From a virus (Duplodnaviria; Heunggongvirae; Uroviricota; Caudoviricetes): DNA of 64,000 nt. Position numbers and translations under genes: made by a program. The notes beneath the pieces are model-generated. The model did not search any database and was not told the DNA's origin. It was given only the letters and a program-made list of their open reading frames with translations. Below, piece by piece: positions 27,289-37,376 of this stretch (positions within the stretch are counted from its first letter, which is position 1; every line of letters begins with the position of its first letter). The stretch spans positions 23,342 to 87,341 of the IMG/VR virus record IMGVR_UViG_2529293038_000017; one strand, written 5' to 3'.

Positions 27289-28290
27289 TTAAGGCTTCGG
27301 CTTTTTATCGAGGCTCTTTCTAAGGATATGCCCAATCATCCTGTCGAGTTCTTCCTGTAGCTCTTTTGAAAGTCGATTAAACTCATAAGAAAATGCACGG
27401 CCTTTCACGCGCTTCCTTGCAAAGCGATCCTTGTCCTCAAATTTCCATAATTCAGTAACTACGGACTTATCTTTAGAACCTTTATCCGTGAGTAGTGAGG
27501 CTTCCTTTGTTATCAAGCGCAGGATTTTATTTTTAACTTCATCTTCGGCCATTTCTTCAATGGATAAGATGTCGTTTATTTCCGGGGATATGTTTTGAAT
27601 AAGCTGATCAAACTCTAAATTCTTGTTCCCCATTTCGTCGCCAACAGCACAAAGCGTTTTGTAGTCCGAAAAGGTTAATTCCGACTGCACAGGGAAAAGG
27701 GCGACTAATTCTTCCGGAGCACTCGCTGCCTGGAGAGCACGCGTGACTTTCGCCTGAGACAGCCCTTCCTTGGCTGCAATATCCTTCTGACTCATCCCAT
27801 CATTTTTCATTCGCATCAAACGCAGACCTATTTCTCGAATGCTGTGCTGCAATGCTGTCTGAACGTCTTTCGCTAAATTTTGCGCTTCCTGAACGCTGAT
27901 CTCCTGGTCCGTGACTAAAACCCGCAACCCTACGTTCTCTAAGATGGCAGAAGCTCGACGCCGGGAACCATCCAAAATTTCAATTTTCCCTGTAGCCCGT
28001 CTAACACCTATTGCAGGGTAAAATTGCTGATGCTTAATAGTGCTTCGGATACTTTTTAATGATTTTGGCGTAAGAGATGCCTGGTCACGCCCGTTGTTAT
28101 GCTGATCAACAAAGGTATCGCTTTCTACCTGGTTCGGAGGTATTACCTCTTCAATAAATGTGGCCTGGCGACCAGTTGATAACTTGAATACCTGCTCGAC
28201 TCGATCGCCAGAGGCTGAAGAACTATCAAATCCGCTTAATATTGAAGGATTAAGGGTTCGCCCAATTGTTGGTCTGTTTTTCTTTGACAT
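27289..28290 (-). CDS. parB: partition protein ParB
   Basis: 333 aa; recognised as P1-type ParB by sequence recall and position between parA and parS. Confidence 0.9.
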   Translation of the reverse strand: MSKKNRPTIGRTLNPSILSGFDSSSASGDRVEQVFKLSTGRQATFIEEVIPPNQVESDTFVDQHNNGRDQASLTPKSLKSIRSTIKHQQFYPAIGVRRATGKIEILDGSRRRASAILENVGLRVLVTDQEISVQEAQNLAKDVQTALQHSIREIGLRLMRMKNDGMSQKDIAAKEGLSQAKVTRALQAASAPEELVALFPVQSELTFSDYKTLCAVGDEMGNKNLEFDQLIQNISPEINDILSIEEMAEDEVKNKILRLITKEASLLTDKGSKDKSVVTELWKFEDKDRFARKRVKGRAFSYEFNRLSKELQEELDRMIGHILRKSLDKKPKP

Positions 28291-28306
28291 GGGGGTTTCT
28301 TACTCC

Positions 28307-29503
28307 TCAGTTAGATCTGATAAATTCAATACGGTCAAAAACTGCTTTAGCAAAATCTTCCGCGGCAATTCGCGCGTTCTTCAATGCATCAGCACTACCA
28401 ACATACGTTGCCGGGTTAGCTGAAATAACAGTGTCAAAAGACTCGCCGCAACGTTCAAAACCGTCAAGGCGAGGGAGGACGACATCGAGCATATCCCCAC
28501 CGAACACTTCTTTAGCCAAGCTATGGCAATACTTATGATCTGCCTTGTTACTCAACTTGGACATAAAACCAATGTTAGTCGCAAGCTGGCACTCGCAGCC
28601 TTCATCCGAAATGAGTTTCACCAACTCAGGAAGGCGGGCAACGTATTTAAGCGATGAGTGGAAATCGACAGTTGCTGGCGGCAGAGGTGTAAACAGTATA
28701 TTGGCCGAGGCCAAAGCATTTTTCAGGAAGGCGTCAAGGTGAGGACCACTATCAACGAGGATAAAGTCATAATCGCTCTTCAGCTTATCAATCACATTTT
28801 CTTTCAGGACAGCATGGATGTTCTGACCCGGTAGATGCTCATTGCACAGCTCTCTCCAATCGGATGCAATAAAGGCATCGTCAATCGACGCAGGCATAAC
28901 GTCAACCCCAGGTACAACAGAAGGAACAATAAACTCCTCTAACAGCTCTTCACGGCTTACATTCTGCAACATAGCCTGTGCAGATGTTGCGTTTACGATA
29001 CCAATAGAGTGTTTATGGCTTAAAAACATCGTTGCTGAAGATTGCGGATCAAGGTCAATAACCAGAATCCTTAAATCTTCCATCAGAAGATGAGGGTGGG
29101 CACGCATTGCATGCGCCAGAGAAACCGTCGATACAGTTTTTGACACACCGCCTTTAAGATTGGAGATGAAAATCACATACGCTTCGCTGTAGCGATCCCG
29201 GTATTTTGGCACTCCGCGATGTTCATATATGTCAATGATGTTCTGAATTGACATCGCATATTTCATTGAAGAGCCAGCAGGGCGTTTATCGAAAACATAG
29301 CCCTTTTCTTCCATTTCACTTACGGCATAGTCAACGTTCGCTCGAGTCAGTAGAGGCAATTTTGCCAGTGCCGCTTTCGCATAGACCTGGTAAAACTCGT
29401 TCGCGTGTAGCTCATCCTTTTGCAACTGTACTTGTTCAGTCAGAACATTGAGCATTCTGTTTGCTCTTTGAGCAACCTTGTGAAGCTGGCTGGAATCACT
29501 CAT
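28307..29503 (-). CDS. parA: partition ATPase ParA (type Ia, with N-terminal HTH extension)
   Basis: 398 aa; deviant Walker A NLKGGVSKT; recognised as P1-type ParA. Confidence 0.92.
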   Translation of the reverse strand: MSDSSQLHKVAQRANRMLNVLTEQVQLQKDELHANEFYQVYAKAALAKLPLLTRANVDYAVSEMEEKGYVFDKRPAGSSMKYAMSIQNIIDIYEHRGVPKYRDRYSEAYVIFISNLKGGVSKTVSTVSLAHAMRAHPHLLMEDLRILVIDLDPQSSATMFLSHKHSIGIVNATSAQAMLQNVSREELLEEFIVPSVVPGVDVMPASIDDAFIASDWRELCNEHLPGQNIHAVLKENVIDKLKSDYDFILVDSGPHLDAFLKNALASANILFTPLPPATVDFHSSLKYVARLPELVKLISDEGCECQLATNIGFMSKLSNKADHKYCHSLAKEVFGGDMLDVVLPRLDGFERCGESFDTVISANPATYVGSADALKNARIAAEDFAKAVFDRIEFIRSN

Positions 29504-29776
29504 CGAAAGTCATCCTTTATGCTGTATTTTTGAATTTAATTAAAAATGCTGCATAAAATAATAATGTATGCGTAGATGCTTGTACATAGCATTCTCTGCA
29601 TGTTTACTCCTTTGCCAAGTGTGTCACAACATGCTTTGGCATCCTCCACGTATAAAGGACGCGGATTTCTTCTATGTTCAGGTTGTAGCCTGAATCATTT
29701 TGGTGATTTCCTGCTTCAACGGGCAGCCAGGCTTCACTCTCTATCAACTGGTGAGAACGGCTTGCCCGGCAGCTTC

Positions 29777-30060
29777 GATGTGTGCTGGAGGGAGAATAAA
29801 AGTCTAAGATGTGCGATAGAGGGAAGTCGCATTGAATTATGTGCTGTGGAGGGATCGCTGGTATCAAATATGTGTGCTGGAGGGAAAGACAGAGAATTAC
29901 ATGTGCGCTGGAGGGAAAAACTGATGGACAGATGTGTGCTGGAGGGAAAGTCTGGGCAAACTGCGGGGCGTCCCCCTCCAGCGCACATCAAAAACAGGAA
30001 ATTGGACAAGCCTTCCCGGCAGCACACATTTTTTGAATGCAGCTGCCCTCCAGCACACAC
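29777..30060. repeat. incA copy-control iterons (nine 19-bp RepA sites; six direct, three inverted)
   Basis: GATGTGTGCTGGAGGGAAA-like repeats at ~29777, 29809, 29839, 29869, 29900, 29931 and inverted at ~29972, 30008, 30044. Confidence 0.9.
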
Positions 30061-30921
30061 TTATTCGGGGAGTTTCAGCTTTGGATTGCGAGAATGGACG
30101 ATTACAAAACTTTCCCGGCCTTTCTTCTCTATTGAACAGTCGAGATAGCCGATTGTTTTAAGCTGTTCTATCGCTTTCTTAATGATACGGTTTTGCTCGC
30201 CAACAGCTGACTGCAAAGCCAGGCGCTCACGGATTCGCGCGAACGATAGCGGCAACGGGTTCTGCGGAAGGCTTTCGATGAAAGTGTAAATGGCTTGTGC
30301 AGCTTCTTTCTTCGGAAGGGCACGCAAGGCGTGGTGTTGCAACAGAACGCGATAATCAAGCTGGAACAGCTCCCACAACTTCGAATCAGCCTCCAGCTCT
30401 ATCAGATCAAGGTCAGCATCAAAACGCCCGACCTTCAGCAGACCAGTCTGATAGCCGCCTTTAGCATCTTTTCCGCGCTTAAAAGCGATACCCTTGTTAC
30501 GCAAGCGTCCAAGTGATTCATGAATGGTTAAACGCAGTTTCGCATCCAGACGTTTTGAGGGGAAACCACAGGCTTTAGCGAATTCCTGAAACGATAACTG
30601 GATGGTGTTTGAGGACAAGCCGTATTTGCTGAACGCGTAGATGACACCGATCCACGTTTTGAAATCAGTATCCATATCGAGTCGAGGACCGGTGATTTTA
30701 ATATCATCGTAACCCTCGGCTTTAGCTATCTCCAGCTGGGAAAACGCTTTGGTGGCATCAATCTCTTTACTTTCTCCTTTGCTCTTTGATGGCTTCGGCA
30801 CGAATACCCCCAAGCGCATCAACGCTACAGGCTGCACAGTGTTGTTTGAATTAACTGTTAGTTCTTTTGCCTTACTTTCAATGTCTGCGTAAAGAATATC
30901 GGAGATAAATGATTGATTCAT
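30061..30921 (-). CDS. repA: plasmid replication initiator RepA (P1-type)
   Basis: 286 aa flanked by cognate iterons on both sides. Confidence 0.92.
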   Translation of the reverse strand: MNQSFISDILYADIESKAKELTVNSNNTVQPVALMRLGVFVPKPSKSKGESKEIDATKAFSQLEIAKAEGYDDIKITGPRLDMDTDFKTWIGVIYAFSKYGLSSNTIQLSFQEFAKACGFPSKRLDAKLRLTIHESLGRLRNKGIAFKRGKDAKGGYQTGLLKVGRFDADLDLIELEADSKLWELFQLDYRVLLQHHALRALPKKEAAQAIYTFIESLPQNPLPLSFARIRERLALQSAVGEQNRIIKKAIEQLKTIGYLDCSIEKKGRESFVIVHSRNPKLKLPE

Positions 30922-30977
30922 ATTACTTTTTCCGAATTGTGTGGATAGTTTTTATAAGTGGTGATAACTACCCAGGC

Positions 30978-31082
30978 TTTCCCGTCAGCACACATCCTAT
31001 ATCCCGCCAGCACACATTAGCAACCCGTCAGCACACATTTTTATCCCTCCAGCACACATCGTTTTCCCTCCAGCACACATCG
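30978..31082. repeat. oriR incC iterons (five 19-bp repeats at ~21-bp spacing)
   Basis: Five CCAGCACACAT(C/T)-containing repeats in the same orientation upstream of repA. Confidence 0.9.
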
Positions 31083-31129
31083 CGATACACTTCTAAGCCA
31101 GACGTGGCGCGGCCTGCAACGATCAGGGA

Positions 31130-31198
31130 TCTATATGGATCTAATTGGGATCTGTATGGACCTGATTATTGGATCTACCCAGTGGATAATGTGGATAA
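31130..31198. promoter_or_regulatory. oriR GATC cluster and tandem DnaA boxes
   Basis: Five GATC within ~60 bp; AGTGGATAA + TGTGGATAA (31181..31198). Confidence 0.8.
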
Positions 31199-31247
31199 GT
31201 GAAAAACCGGCCACTGAGGACCGATTTCTGTGAAGAGTTGAAGCGAA

Positions 31248-31649
31248 TTAGTTGTCGTTTTCCGTACCTACTTCTTCGATCAACAAACTACTTGTATAGA
31301 TGCGTAACGTATCACCTTTGTAGAGGAATTGATAACCAACACCTCCTATGGCAGGGAGGTCGGGGAACATTTCAGAAGCAACCCCAGAGCAAATCACGGC
31401 GATACAGTCATCCCGCTGTACATCCTTACGCTCTGTACTCAAAGTTTGCTCTTCCCCGATTGCCTTTGTCATCTCCTCATCTTCGTACGCAACAGGGATA
31501 TATTCAATCGCATCAGGCGTTTTGATACCCAGTTCTTCAGCAATCTCGAACGCCTGTTTAAATTGATCTGACCCAGGATATCCAACGGTAATACTCTCAA
31601 TTTCGAACAAAGAAGTAGCGTTGTTTATTTCTTGTTTAACCGCAAACAT
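31248..31649 (-). CDS. acidic hypothetical protein (133 aa)
   Basis: ORF in track adjacent to oriR. Confidence 0.5.
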   Translation of the reverse strand: MFAVKQEINNATSLFEIESITVGYPGSDQFKQAFEIAEELGIKTPDAIEYIPVAYEDEEMTKAIGEEQTLSTERKDVQRDDCIAVICSGVASEMFPDLPAIGGVGYQFLYKGDTLRIYTSSLLIEEVGTENDN

Positions 31650-31719
31650 GTTGTTTGTCCTTAGTGGCTTCCTGCCAAAGTAAAGTCATGAGTGTTGATA
31701 TTACGATTTCTACAGTTGA

Positions 31720-32079
31720 TTAAATCTGCTCGCTGAGCTTTTGCTTCAGCAGATAACCTTCCAGCGGCCAGATTTTCTCAATGGCGTTCTTACGGGCCAC
31801 CTTACGGCCAATCTCCGCGTCGAAATTTTCAGGGCTGGCACAGGCGCTTTCCCCGGTAACAATGAATCCATTGCACAGCACCAAGACACAGATGGTCAGG
31901 CTACGCGTAGAGGGATGAACAGACAGCACCTCACGAACGCCTTCGTGCGCAGCGCGAATGCCGTCAAAAGCTGTGAAATAATGCTCTTCGGCAATCACAC
32001 TCTCGATGTGATCAGGAGTCAGGCGTGGTGCTGTTTTGCCTTTGGCCAGAATCTCTTTTTCAATTTCCATATCGGACAT
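31720..32079 (-). CDS. hypothetical protein (119 aa)
   Basis: ORF in track. Confidence 0.5.
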   Translation of the reverse strand: MSDMEIEKEILAKGKTAPRLTPDHIESVIAEEHYFTAFDGIRAAHEGVREVLSVHPSTRSLTICVLVLCNGFIVTGESACASPENFDAEIGRKVARKNAIEKIWPLEGYLLKQKLSEQI

Positions 32080-32090
32080 AGTTTTTCCTT

Positions 32091-32423
32091 TTAGTTACCG
32101 CTGATAGCACGGTTGTAATCATTAACGTTGCGATTCTTCCTGTTAATCCCCTTCAGCATCGTTTCTGTATCGAGGATATACGCTGGCAGATCATCAAAAT
32201 ATTCACTGCTAAACTCTGGCATTCTGCACATAAATGCACTTTTGGGGGCAGGGTGGTTAACCTTTGTCGGCGTCGGCGTTAAATTCGCTGATCGACTCCC
32301 GGAGCAACCGCTGAGTGTCAGCAGGAATGCGCTGGCGAACATTACCCGCCGCAACCAGTTGTTTCTGAACTTCAGCTTTTCGTTCCATTTGCCTGTCAGC
32401 ATATTTGGCTTGTTCTGATTCAT
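32091..32423 (-). CDS. o-spanin-like outer-membrane lipoprotein (Rz1-like), overlapping i-spanin out of frame
   Basis: Lipobox LLTLSGCSG after basic/hydrophobic leader; Pro-rich; likely start at internal ATG 32342; 3' half lies within i-spanin gene. Confidence 0.55.
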   Translation of the reverse strand: MNQNKPNMLTGKWNEKLKFRNNWLRRVMFASAFLLTLSGCSGSRSANLTPTPTKVNHPAPKSAFMCRMPEFSSEYFDDLPAYILDTETMLKGINRKNRNVNDYNRAISGN

Positions 32424-32679
32424 TTTTCACTTCCTGGCTGTGAAAATGTTGCTCTGCTTTGTTCATCGTCTCAATGGTCTGGTTAAGATCCATTATTGAC
32501 TTATCACGTTCCTTAACAGCCTGATCAAGACTGCCAATTTTCTCCATGGCTTGCTTTAGCTGATGACGTTCCCATGCAAACCCAGCACCAACAAGTGCGC
32601 AAATCAGAACAAGAACACCAGTAGCAGCAAGTTTCTCCTTCAAAGACAAAGCTGTTTTTAACGTAGAAAAGAATGACAT
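32257..32679 (-). CDS. i-spanin-like protein (Rz-like; N-terminal TM helix plus coiled coil)
   Basis: Start set to ATG 32679 (AGGAGG upstream); TM LAATGVLVLICALVGAGFAW then coiled-coil. Confidence 0.55.
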   Translation of the reverse strand: MSFFSTLKTALSLKEKLAATGVLVLICALVGAGFAWERHQLKQAMEKIGSLDQAVKERDKSIMDLNQTIETMNKAEQHFHSQEVKNESEQAKYADRQMERKAEVQKQLVAAGNVRQRIPADTQRLLRESISEFNADADKG

Positions 32680-32718
32680 GTCTTCCTCCTGAAGAAAAAT
32701 TATCAATGAAGTCCTTTG

Positions 32719-33507
32719 TTACTGTGCCGCTTTGTTTAATTCATCAAGAACAGAATCAGGAACCAAAGCGGCAACTGCGCTGGCTGTGCTGACCTTATTT
32801 GCTGATGCTTCCGCAAGCGCGGTACCGATAGCATGGTTATAAGCAGTTATGGCTACGTTGGCGCTTTCATTCGCTCGTTCATACTGCTGTTGTAACGCAG
32901 TTGTGGGCGCTGTTGTCTGGTTGAAAACAACCCCAAACTGTTCAGTTGCTACTTTCAGAGATTCAATTTGCTCTTCTGTTAGTGCTGGTGGGGGAGTGGC
33001 AGTGCCGCCGCCTGAACCAGAGCCTGACGAGCTTCCTGAGCCAGTGTTAAGGGTCTGGTTAATCTCCCCCATAGCAGCGACTAAACTTGATGTATTAAGC
33101 GCGTTTACAGCGTCCTCAAGCGATTTAGTAATAGTCACATCACCAATGGCAATAGAGATCGGCAGTTCTGATACTTCTCGCTCATTAGCACGACAGTAAA
33201 CATCCCAACCAATATCGAGTTGAAGGAGCATTGACAGATCAGCATAACCAGCCAACAGGTCCGCGTGCTTAGTTGCCAGTTCTCCAATGTTCGTTAAGCC
33301 GGTTGTGGTTGTTCTGATCGTTGAAACATAGCTGGTAATAGTGTCGGGATAGACAATTGTATCCAGAATTAATCCGGTCAATTCTTCTGCAAGCAGTTTT
33401 GCTGTGTTAGCACTGTTTCGTGCCGATGTTATGGCACCAGGTGTTTTCATCCCACCGGCGGCGGCCAATTTTTTATATGCGGATAACTGGTAGTCTTTTT
33501 CCAGCAT
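32719..33507 (-). CDS. hypothetical protein with Gly/Ser-rich linker (263 aa)
   Basis: Start set to ATG 33507 (AGGAG 5 nt upstream) to avoid overlap with PAAR gene; GSGSSSGSGSGGG linker. Confidence 0.5.
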   Translation of the reverse strand: MLEKDYQLSAYKKLAAAGGMKTPGAITSARNSANTAKLLAEELTGLILDTIVYPDTITSYVSTIRTTTTGLTNIGELATKHADLLAGYADLSMLLQLDIGWDVYCRANEREVSELPISIAIGDVTITKSLEDAVNALNTSSLVAAMGEINQTLNTGSGSSSGSGSGGGTATPPPALTEEQIESLKVATEQFGVVFNQTTAPTTALQQQYERANESANVAITAYNHAIGTALAEASANKVSTASAVAALVPDSVLDELNKAAQ

Positions 33508-33515
33508 GATATCTC

Positions 33516-33800
33516 CTAACTTACCTGAACCAGGCCGTCTCCGGACGCTACGGTAGATCCGCATGAAACAGGGTCACCAACGCATACGATCCCTTTACCA
33601 TTGACGGTAAACCATGCCCTGGTTGATATAGCTTGCCCACCGTGCGTACTGTTTCCATCGGTATGCTGTGCATATTGCTTACCATCAACTAACACTTCGA
33701 CTCCGTTGACTTTAAGTAGTGGTTCACTCTCTACAGGAGGCCTGGATGGGAATCCTCCGTGCCCCGAACAAATGCTGTCTTTTGTTGCAATACTTGCCAC
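33516..33800 (-). CDS. PAAR-like spike-tip protein (94 aa)
   Basis: PAAR-type pattern: HGG, VNGK, VGDPVSCG, GDGLVQV. Confidence 0.6.
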   Translation of the reverse strand: MASIATKDSICSGHGGFPSRPPVESEPLLKVNGVEVLVDGKQYAQHTDGNSTHGGQAISTRAWFTVNGKGIVCVGDPVSCGSTVASGDGLVQVS

Positions 33801-33880
33801 GTCATCACCAATTATTTGCTCTGGTTTTCGTTATTTTAACTTAGGTTACTTGTGGTCTATATGGTGTTAACTATTGCATG

Positions 33881-33897
33881 ATTGCTCTAATAAATAT
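33881..33897 (+). promoter_or_regulatory. C1-type operator upstream of uhr-hrdC-dmt operon
   Basis: ATTGCTCTAATAAATAT, 1 mismatch. Confidence 0.65.
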
Positions 33898-33968
33898 TGT
33901 TTTTTATGTCGTGTTTTCGGTACCATTCAGCCATCGCCCTTCAATGGGTATTTGTTTGGAGTCGTCAG

Positions 33969-34253
33969 ATGCAGATGGAGCTAATAAGCCGCAAAGAGTT
34001 CGATAGCCGTGTAACCAGCGGTGAACTCGACAACTTGCAGGCTATCAAGGTGAAAGAAGGCTTTTGCCTCATTGGGAATCAGAGCGGAACAAATCGCGTT
34101 TTTATGCTTCGCCGTACGGATTTGAAGCCATTTGTCTGGAAGAACGAAATTGGTCCCAGCTCATACGCTCAAACTAGGGGGTGCCTCAACCTGGCCTTTT
34201 TCTACAAAAACGAGCTTTCTGTGGTTGATATTCAAGGGTTACAACATGTTTAA
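33969..34253 (+). CDS. hypothetical protein (94 aa), first gene of hrdC-dmt operon
   Basis: Start at ATG 33969 with GGAG upstream; stop overlaps hrdC start. Confidence 0.5.
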   Translation: MQMELISRKEFDSRVTSGELDNLQAIKVKEGFCLIGNQSGTNRVFMLRRTDLKPFVWKNEIGPSSYAQTRGCLNLAFFYKNELSVVDIQGLQHV

Positions 34254-35151
34254 GCACTGGAAAAACATTACTATTTATAAACTTTCTCGTGAAGCGGATC
34301 TGACCGACTTAGAAGATAAAAAGAAAATGATCCTTTTCACGCCATGCGGTAGTCAGGATATGGCCAAGTTCGGTTTTGTATCTCCATTTGGTGATAATTC
34401 CGAAGTTATCGCTATGCATGGAAATGGTTTTATCCTTGTTGAAGCAAAGCGCGAAACAAAAATCCTTCCCCCGCCGGTTATCCAGCGAGCTATTCAAGAA
34501 AAAATTGAAAAACTCGAGCAAGAACAAGCGCGTAAACTGAAGAAAACAGAGAAGGACTCCCTGAAAGACGAAGTTCTGCATTCTCTTCTGCCACGGGCTT
34601 TTTCAAAGTTTTCTGTTATCCAGGCGATCTACGACGGTTCAACTAAACGTATCTATATCAATGCCAGCGCGCGGCAGGCAGAGGATATGCTCGCGCTTAT
34701 GCGTAAATCTCTGGGTTCTCTTCCTGTTGTTCCCCTAAGTGTTGAAAATCCCATTGAATTAACGCTGACCGACTGGGTACGTGATGGTAGTGCTCCACAG
34801 GGATTTCAAATGGGGGATGCGGCAGAACTTAAGGCAGTGCTTGAGGATGGCGGTATTGCCCGAGTGAAAAAGCAGGATTTGGGAAGCGATGAAATTTCCA
34901 CACACCTGGAAGCTGGCAAGCTCGTTACTAAGTTGGCACTCGACTGGCAGAACCGCATTAAATTTACACTGGACCATAACTTCAGCCTTACCAGCGTCAA
35001 ATTTGCGGATGAATTGCTTGAGCAGAACTCTGATATTGATAGTGAAGATGTTGCGCAGCGACTGGACGCAGATTTCTTCCTGTTGACCAGTGAAATTTCG
35101 TGCCTGGTTGATGCTCTGGTAAATGCCCTTGGTGGAGAGGCTAAGCAGTGA
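34246..35151 (+). CDS. hrdC: RdgC-like recombination-associated protein
   Basis: Start at ATG 34246; collinear similarity to E. coli RdgC ([88 protein letters not shown]). Confidence 0.9.
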   Translation: MFKHWKNITIYKLSREADLTDLEDKKKMILFTPCGSQDMAKFGFVSPFGDNSEVIAMHGNGFILVEAKRETKILPPPVIQRAIQEKIEKLEQEQARKLKKTEKDSLKDEVLHSLLPRAFSKFSVIQAIYDGSTKRIYINASARQAEDMLALMRKSLGSLPVVPLSVENPIELTLTDWVRDGSAPQGFQMGDAAELKAVLEDGGIARVKKQDLGSDEISTHLEAGKLVTKLALDWQNRIKFTLDHNFSLTSVKFADELLEQNSDIDSEDVAQRLDADFFLLTSEISCLVDALVNALGGEAKQ

Positions 35152-37166
35152 AAGAGCTGTGCTATGGATCTGTTTGCAGTGGAATTGAAGCCGCGAGTAT
35201 TGCCTGGGAACCGTTGGGTATGCGTCCGGCGTGGTTTGCTGAAATCGAGCCTTTTCCATCTGCCGTTCTTGCGCACCGCTGGCCCCATGTCGCCAACCTT
35301 GGCGACATGACAAAACTTGCCAAAAAAGTCCTGGCTGGGGAAATCGAATCCCCTGATGTGCTCGTCGGGGGTACGCCTTGTCAGGCATTCAGTATCGCGG
35401 GCTTACGTGGTGGGCTTGATGATGAACGCGGCGCGCTAACTTTGAAGTATGTGGAGCTTGCAAATGCAATTGACGACAAACGGTCTGAGTCCTTCCTCAA
35501 ACCGACAGTTATCGTCTGGGAAAATGTCCCAGGAGTCCTGTCATCGGCAGATAACGCCTTCGGATGTTTCCTTGCCGGATTGGCTGGAGAAGATGCGCCA
35601 TTTGAACCAGGTGATCGACCTGAATCAGGAAAAAGTAACGCGTTCTGGCGGTGGGATGGCAAAACCGGTTGCCATGCTCCAAAGTGGCCGCAGTGTGGTT
35701 GTATTTATGGACCGCAGCGAAAGGTGGCCTGGAGAATCCTTGATGCCCAATACTTCGGAGTGGCACAACGACGCCGACGCGTGTTTGTTGTCGCAAGTGC
35801 TCGAACAGACCTCGATCCCGCAACGGTACTTTTTGAGTTCGAAGGCGTGCGCCGGAATATTGCGCCGAGCAGAGGCGAGGGGAAGGAAACTACCAGATAT
35901 ACTTCAAACATCGCTATCAGATCTTGCGATGATACAAACATAGTTGCCATGGCACATGGGCAAGGAGGGGCTGAGATAAAAACCGATAATTCGGCACCAA
36001 CTTTGACATGTAACCATGAAGCACCAATTGTATTGCTCGTCGACGGTAGAATGCGCCGTCTTATCCCTGTCGAATGTGAAAGGCTGCAAGGTTTTCCTGA
36101 TGGACATACATTGATCCCTACGGAAAAGCGTAAAAAAGTTTCTTCAGATGAACTGGCATACCTTCGCAAAAACTATCCTGATTTGAGCGAAGAAGAGGCC
36201 GCGATGCTTGCAGCTGACGGACCGCGTTACAAAGCGATCGGCAATAGTATGGCGATACCAGTAATGCGCTGGATTGGCGATCGGATTGCCAAGGCTGCAT
36301 GTCGGCAGAAGGAAGGGAGTGAAACAAAAGAGCGAAAAGTTAAACCAGCGGCAGAATTCGAACGGTCCATATTCAAATGGGCTGGTGGAAAATTTGGTGT
36401 TCTGGAACAAATCTTTCGCTATTTGCCAGAAGGGAAGCGCCTGATTGAGCCTTTCGTTGGTGGCGGAGCTGTCTTCATGAATGCCGGATACCAGGAAAAT
36501 CTGCTAAATGATGTGAATGCTGACCTGATTAACTTTTACAAGACTCTGCAACGCGAGGCGCATTCACTTATCACTCTGGCACATCGTTTCTTCCAGGACT
36601 ACAACACGCAGGAAGGATACCTGGCAGTACGGAATGCGTTTAACAAACAAGTCTATGATGATTTACATCGCGCAGCGGCGTTTTTGTTCCTGAACCGACA
36701 TTGTTTTAACGGATTGACGCGTTACAACCAAGCCGGTGAGTTCAATGTCGGTTATGGGAAGTATAAAACTCCGTATTTCCCATTGCAGGAGATGGAAGCC
36801 TTCCTTGGTGCGGAAGGGCGTTCTGAGTTTGTATGTGGTGATTTTGCTGCGGTGATTGAAGCTGCCGGAGAAGGAGATGTCATCTTTTGCGATCCGCCGT
36901 ATGAACCGCTCCCAAATACAGAGGGATTCACGAACTATTCCGGTCATGACTTTAAGTTTGAAGAGCAAAAACGCCTGGCGTCTCTGTTGACGGATGCTCA
37001 TCGCCGAGGTGCAAAGGTTCTCATTACTAACAGTGGCGCGCCAAACATCAGAGAACTTTATCAGGACAGTGGCTTCAGAGTGGAACCTCTTTTTGCCAGA
37101 CGTTCTGTGTCTTGTAAGGGGGACACTCGAGGTGTTGCTCATGACGTTATAGCAATATTGCTCTAA
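35148..37166 (+). CDS. dmt: bifunctional DNA methyltransferase: N-terminal C5-cytosine MTase fused to C-terminal Dam-like N6-adenine MTase
   Basis: [12 protein letters not shown] and ENVPG motifs in N-half; Dam motifs FKWAGGK...[10 protein letters not shown] and FCDPPYEP in C-half. Confidence 0.88.
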   Translation: MKELCYGSVCSGIEAASIAWEPLGMRPAWFAEIEPFPSAVLAHRWPHVANLGDMTKLAKKVLAGEIESPDVLVGGTPCQAFSIAGLRGGLDDERGALTLKYVELANAIDDKRSESFLKPTVIVWENVPGVLSSADNAFGCFLAGLAGEDAPFEPGDRPESGKSNAFWRWDGKTGCHAPKWPQCGCIYGPQRKVAWRILDAQYFGVAQRRRRVFVVASARTDLDPATVLFEFEGVRRNIAPSRGEGKETTRYTSNIAIRSCDDTNIVAMAHGQGGAEIKTDNSAPTLTCNHEAPIVLLVDGRMRRLIPVECERLQGFPDGHTLIPTEKRKKVSSDELAYLRKNYPDLSEEEAAMLAADGPRYKAIGNSMAIPVMRWIGDRIAKAACRQKEGSETKERKVKPAAEFERSIFKWAGGKFGVLEQIFRYLPEGKRLIEPFVGGGAVFMNAGYQENLLNDVNADLINFYKTLQREAHSLITLAHRFFQDYNTQEGYLAVRNAFNKQVYDDLHRAAAFLFLNRHCFNGLTRYNQAGEFNVGYGKYKTPYFPLQEMEAFLGAEGRSEFVCGDFAAVIEAAGEGDVIFCDPPYEPLPNTEGFTNYSGHDFKFEEQKRLASLLTDAHRRGAKVLITNSGAPNIRELYQDSGFRVEPLFARRSVSCKGDTRGVAHDVIAILL

Positions 37167-37184
37167 TAAATTTATTAGTGTAAT
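37157..37184. promoter_or_regulatory. bipartite C1-type operator (perfect consensus plus overlapping inverted copy)
   Basis: ATTGCTCTAATAAATTT (37157..37173) overlapping AAATTTATTAGTGTAAT (rc has 2 mismatches). Confidence 0.75.
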
Positions 37185-37345
37185 ATCGCCTCAATGAATC
37201 GTGATTTATAGAGCGATTTAGCTGTTAGCCGCGACAGGCGCGGCGGCAAGTATGGCGGGGTAGTGACTCCTTCCCCCTCATGACGCCGAGTTGCCAGGTT
37301 GACCATACGCCTAAGTGGCAACACCGAAGTGCGTTACGAGCTTCC

Positions 37346-37376
37346 AGTTTGCCCATCTTCGGGTGGGCGTTTTTTT
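37346..37376 (+). terminator. rho-independent terminator-like hairpin after dmt
   Basis: GCCCATC-TTCG-GGTGGGC followed by GTTTTTTT. Confidence 0.55.

Noticed and set aside
29777-31082. Short direct repeats around repA considered as a CRISPR array
   Set aside because: Repeats are 19-bp iterons at helical spacing in two orientations flanking a RepA gene, with no unique spacers or cas genes; classic incA/incC arrangement.
34309-36410. Minus-strand ORFs inside hrdC and dmt (e.g. 34759..35388, 35705..36169)
   Set aside because: Antisense to genes with strong motif support (RdgC, methyltransferase); no independent evidence.
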